IMG/VR virus record: IMGVR_UViG_3300042317_000390
Location: 64,001-128,000 of that record
Strand: one strand, 5' to 3'
DNA length: 64,000 nt
DNA from: a virus
The position numbers and the translations under genes are program-made. Positions within the stretch are counted from its first letter, which is position 1; every line of letters starts with the position of its first letter. Shown here one piece after another: positions 62,559 to 64,000 of the stretch. The notes under the pieces were generated by a model. That model was not told where the DNA came from. It saw nothing but the letters and a program-made list of their open reading frames with translations, and did no database searches.

Positions 62559-64000
62559 ATGGCAGAGTTTTTCGGTTTCGAATTCAGAAAAAAGAAGCAG
62601 GACGTAGAGTTACCATCATTTGCTCCACCAAAGGACTCAGATGATGGGGCTGTTGTCGTTTCTGCTGGTGGTGCTTTTGGTACATACGTAGACTTAGATG
62701 GCACAGTAAGATCTGAAGCAGAATTAGTTACAAAGTATAGAGAAATGTCTCTTCAGCCTGAGTGTGACTCAGCAGTTGATGAGATTGTAAACGAATCAAT
62801 CGCTATCGATGAAGATAAAGTCGTAGAAATTAATCTTGAAGATGTTAAGATTAACGATAACATTAAGAAGATTATTCGTGAAGAGTTTGATAATTGTTTA
62901 AAGATTCTAGAATTTAATCGTTTTGCTTATGAGATTTATCGTCGTTGGTATATTGATGGTCGTTTATACTATCATGTAGTAATTGACGAGAGAGCGCCAC
63001 AAGAAGGCATCAAAGAACTTAGATATATCGATCCTCGCAAGATACGTAAGGTCAGAGAAGTTCAGAAGAAAAAAGTTCAAGCTAATAACCCAGGCGATGC
63101 AGTAGTAACAAAAACTGTTAACGAATATTTTATTTTTAATGATAAGGGATTTAATTTTGGCAATAAGGCAGTTGGACCATCAACCACCGGTCTAAAGATT
63201 GCTAAGGACTCTATTCTTCATGTTGTTTCTGGTCTAACGGACAACCAAGGAACGATGGTTCTTTCATATCTTCATAAAGCGATAAAACCACTAAACCAGT
63301 TGCGCACACTGGAAGATGCCTTGGTAATTTATCGTCTTGCTCGTGCGCCCGAACGCCGTATTTGGTACATTGACGTTGGTAATCTACCTAAGATGAAGGC
63401 AGAACAATACGTCCGTGACATTATGGTTAAGCATAAGAACAGATTAATATATGACGCCCAGACAGGCGACATTAGAGACGACCGTAAATTCATGACGATG
63501 CTTGAAGACTATTGGCTTCCTCGTCGTGAAGGTGGTAGAGGTACGGAGGTTACTACCCTACCAGGCGGTCAGACACTAGGACAGATGGATGACGTTCTTT
63601 ACTTCCAGAAGAAGTTTTTGAACGCTCTAAACGTCCCAGTGTCACGACTTAATTCAGATGCTCTATTCTCACTAGGTAGAGCAACAGAAATTACCAGAGA
63701 CGAATTGAAGTTCGTTAGATTCATTACAAGACTAAGAAATAGATTTTCTCAGTTATTCTTAAAGATGCTAGAGAAGCAACTAGTTCTAAAGGGTGTCACG
63801 ACTCTTGATGACTGGAAAATATTCTCTAATGACATCAAGTTCGATTACGAAAAAGATAATTACTTCACCGAACTTAAAGATGCAGAAATTGCTCAGGGTC
63901 GTATTCAGCTTGCCGATGCGTTCCAGAATATTGCGGGTAAGTATTATTCACACACTTGGATTCGTAAGAATATCCTACATCAATCAGATGAAGATATTGA
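62559..64000 (+). CDS. 20: Portal protein gp20, 3'-truncated by window edge (not in ORF track)
   Basis: MAEFFGFEF..., WYIDGRLYY, YRLARAPERRIWYIDVGNLPK.KAEQY, EDYWLPRREGGRGTE.TTLPGG. Confidence 0.97.
   Translation, partial: MAEFFGFEFRKKKQDVELPSFAPPKDSDDGAVVVSAGGAFGTYVDLDGTVRSEAELVTKYREMSLQPECDSAVDEIVNESIAIDEDKVVEINLEDVKINDNIKKIIREEFDNCLKILEFNRFAYEIYRRWYIDGRLYYHVVIDERAPQEGIKELRYIDPRKIRKVREVQKKKVQANNPGDAVVTKTVNEYFIFNDKGFNFGNKAVGPSTTGLKIAKDSILHVVSGLTDNQGTMVLSYLHKAIKPLNQLRTLEDALVIYRLARAPERRIWYIDVGNLPKMKAEQYVRDIMVKHKNRLIYDAQTGDIRDDRKFMTMLEDYWLPRREGGRGTEVTTLPGGQTLGQMDDVLYFQKKFLNALNVPVSRLNSDALFSLGRATEITRDELKFVRFITRLRNRFSQLFLKMLEKQLVLKGVTTLDDWKIFSNDIKFDYEKDNYFTELKDAEIAQGRIQLADAFQNIAGKYYSHTWIRKNILHQSDEDI

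Noticed and set aside
57598-64000. Inteins or introns in terminase, sheath or portal
   Set aside because: Terminase length and motifs are normal, there are no Hint/LAGLIDADG signatures, and the portal frame is continuous.
1-64000. Stop-codon reassignment explaining the split genes
   Set aside because: Core genes are full length in the standard code. The gp5 and DUF4815 splits involve frame changes with TAATG coupling or a new RBS, not in-frame read-through.

Overview
This AT-rich window comes from a large T4-like myophage with the cyanophage/alphaproteobacterial-phage style of gene order. It reads in the standard genetic code. Region 1-7.9 kb is accessory and replication DNA: a DUF932-type protein, small secreted, membrane and lipoproteins, a circularly permuted two-piece tmRNA, an HNH nuclease, tRNA-Arg(UCU), an L,D-transpeptidase, gp33, an HEXXH protease, gp59 and gp32. 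Region 7.9-12.4 kb is a minus-strand tail operon: gp4, gp2, gp54-like, gp26-like, gp51-like and a muralytic tape-measure-like protein. Region 12.4-32.8 kb is baseplate: gp48, gp53, hub, a gp5 split over separate genes, PAAR, gp25, gp6, gp7, gp8 and a split DUF4815-type protein. Region 32.8-54.3 kb is a roughly 21 kb array of tail-fibre/receptor-binding genes with small partner genes. Region 54.3-64 kb is gp13, a GIY-YIG endonuclease, gp14-gp19 and a partial gp20. Most notable: (i) the permuted tmRNA with a structured intervening segment under a T4 late promoter, which points to an alphaproteobacterial host; (ii) a candidate programmed -1 frameshift (T TTT TTT) fusing gp26-like to gp51-like, in the same gene order as lambda V-G-T-H; (iii) very dense N-X-S/T sequons in exposed virion proteins, raising a speculative glycosylation hypothesis; (iv) an envelope-remodelling accessory cluster; (v) several candidate cis-regulatory RNA structures in late leaders. 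All family calls come from motif recognition and synteny, not from database searches.
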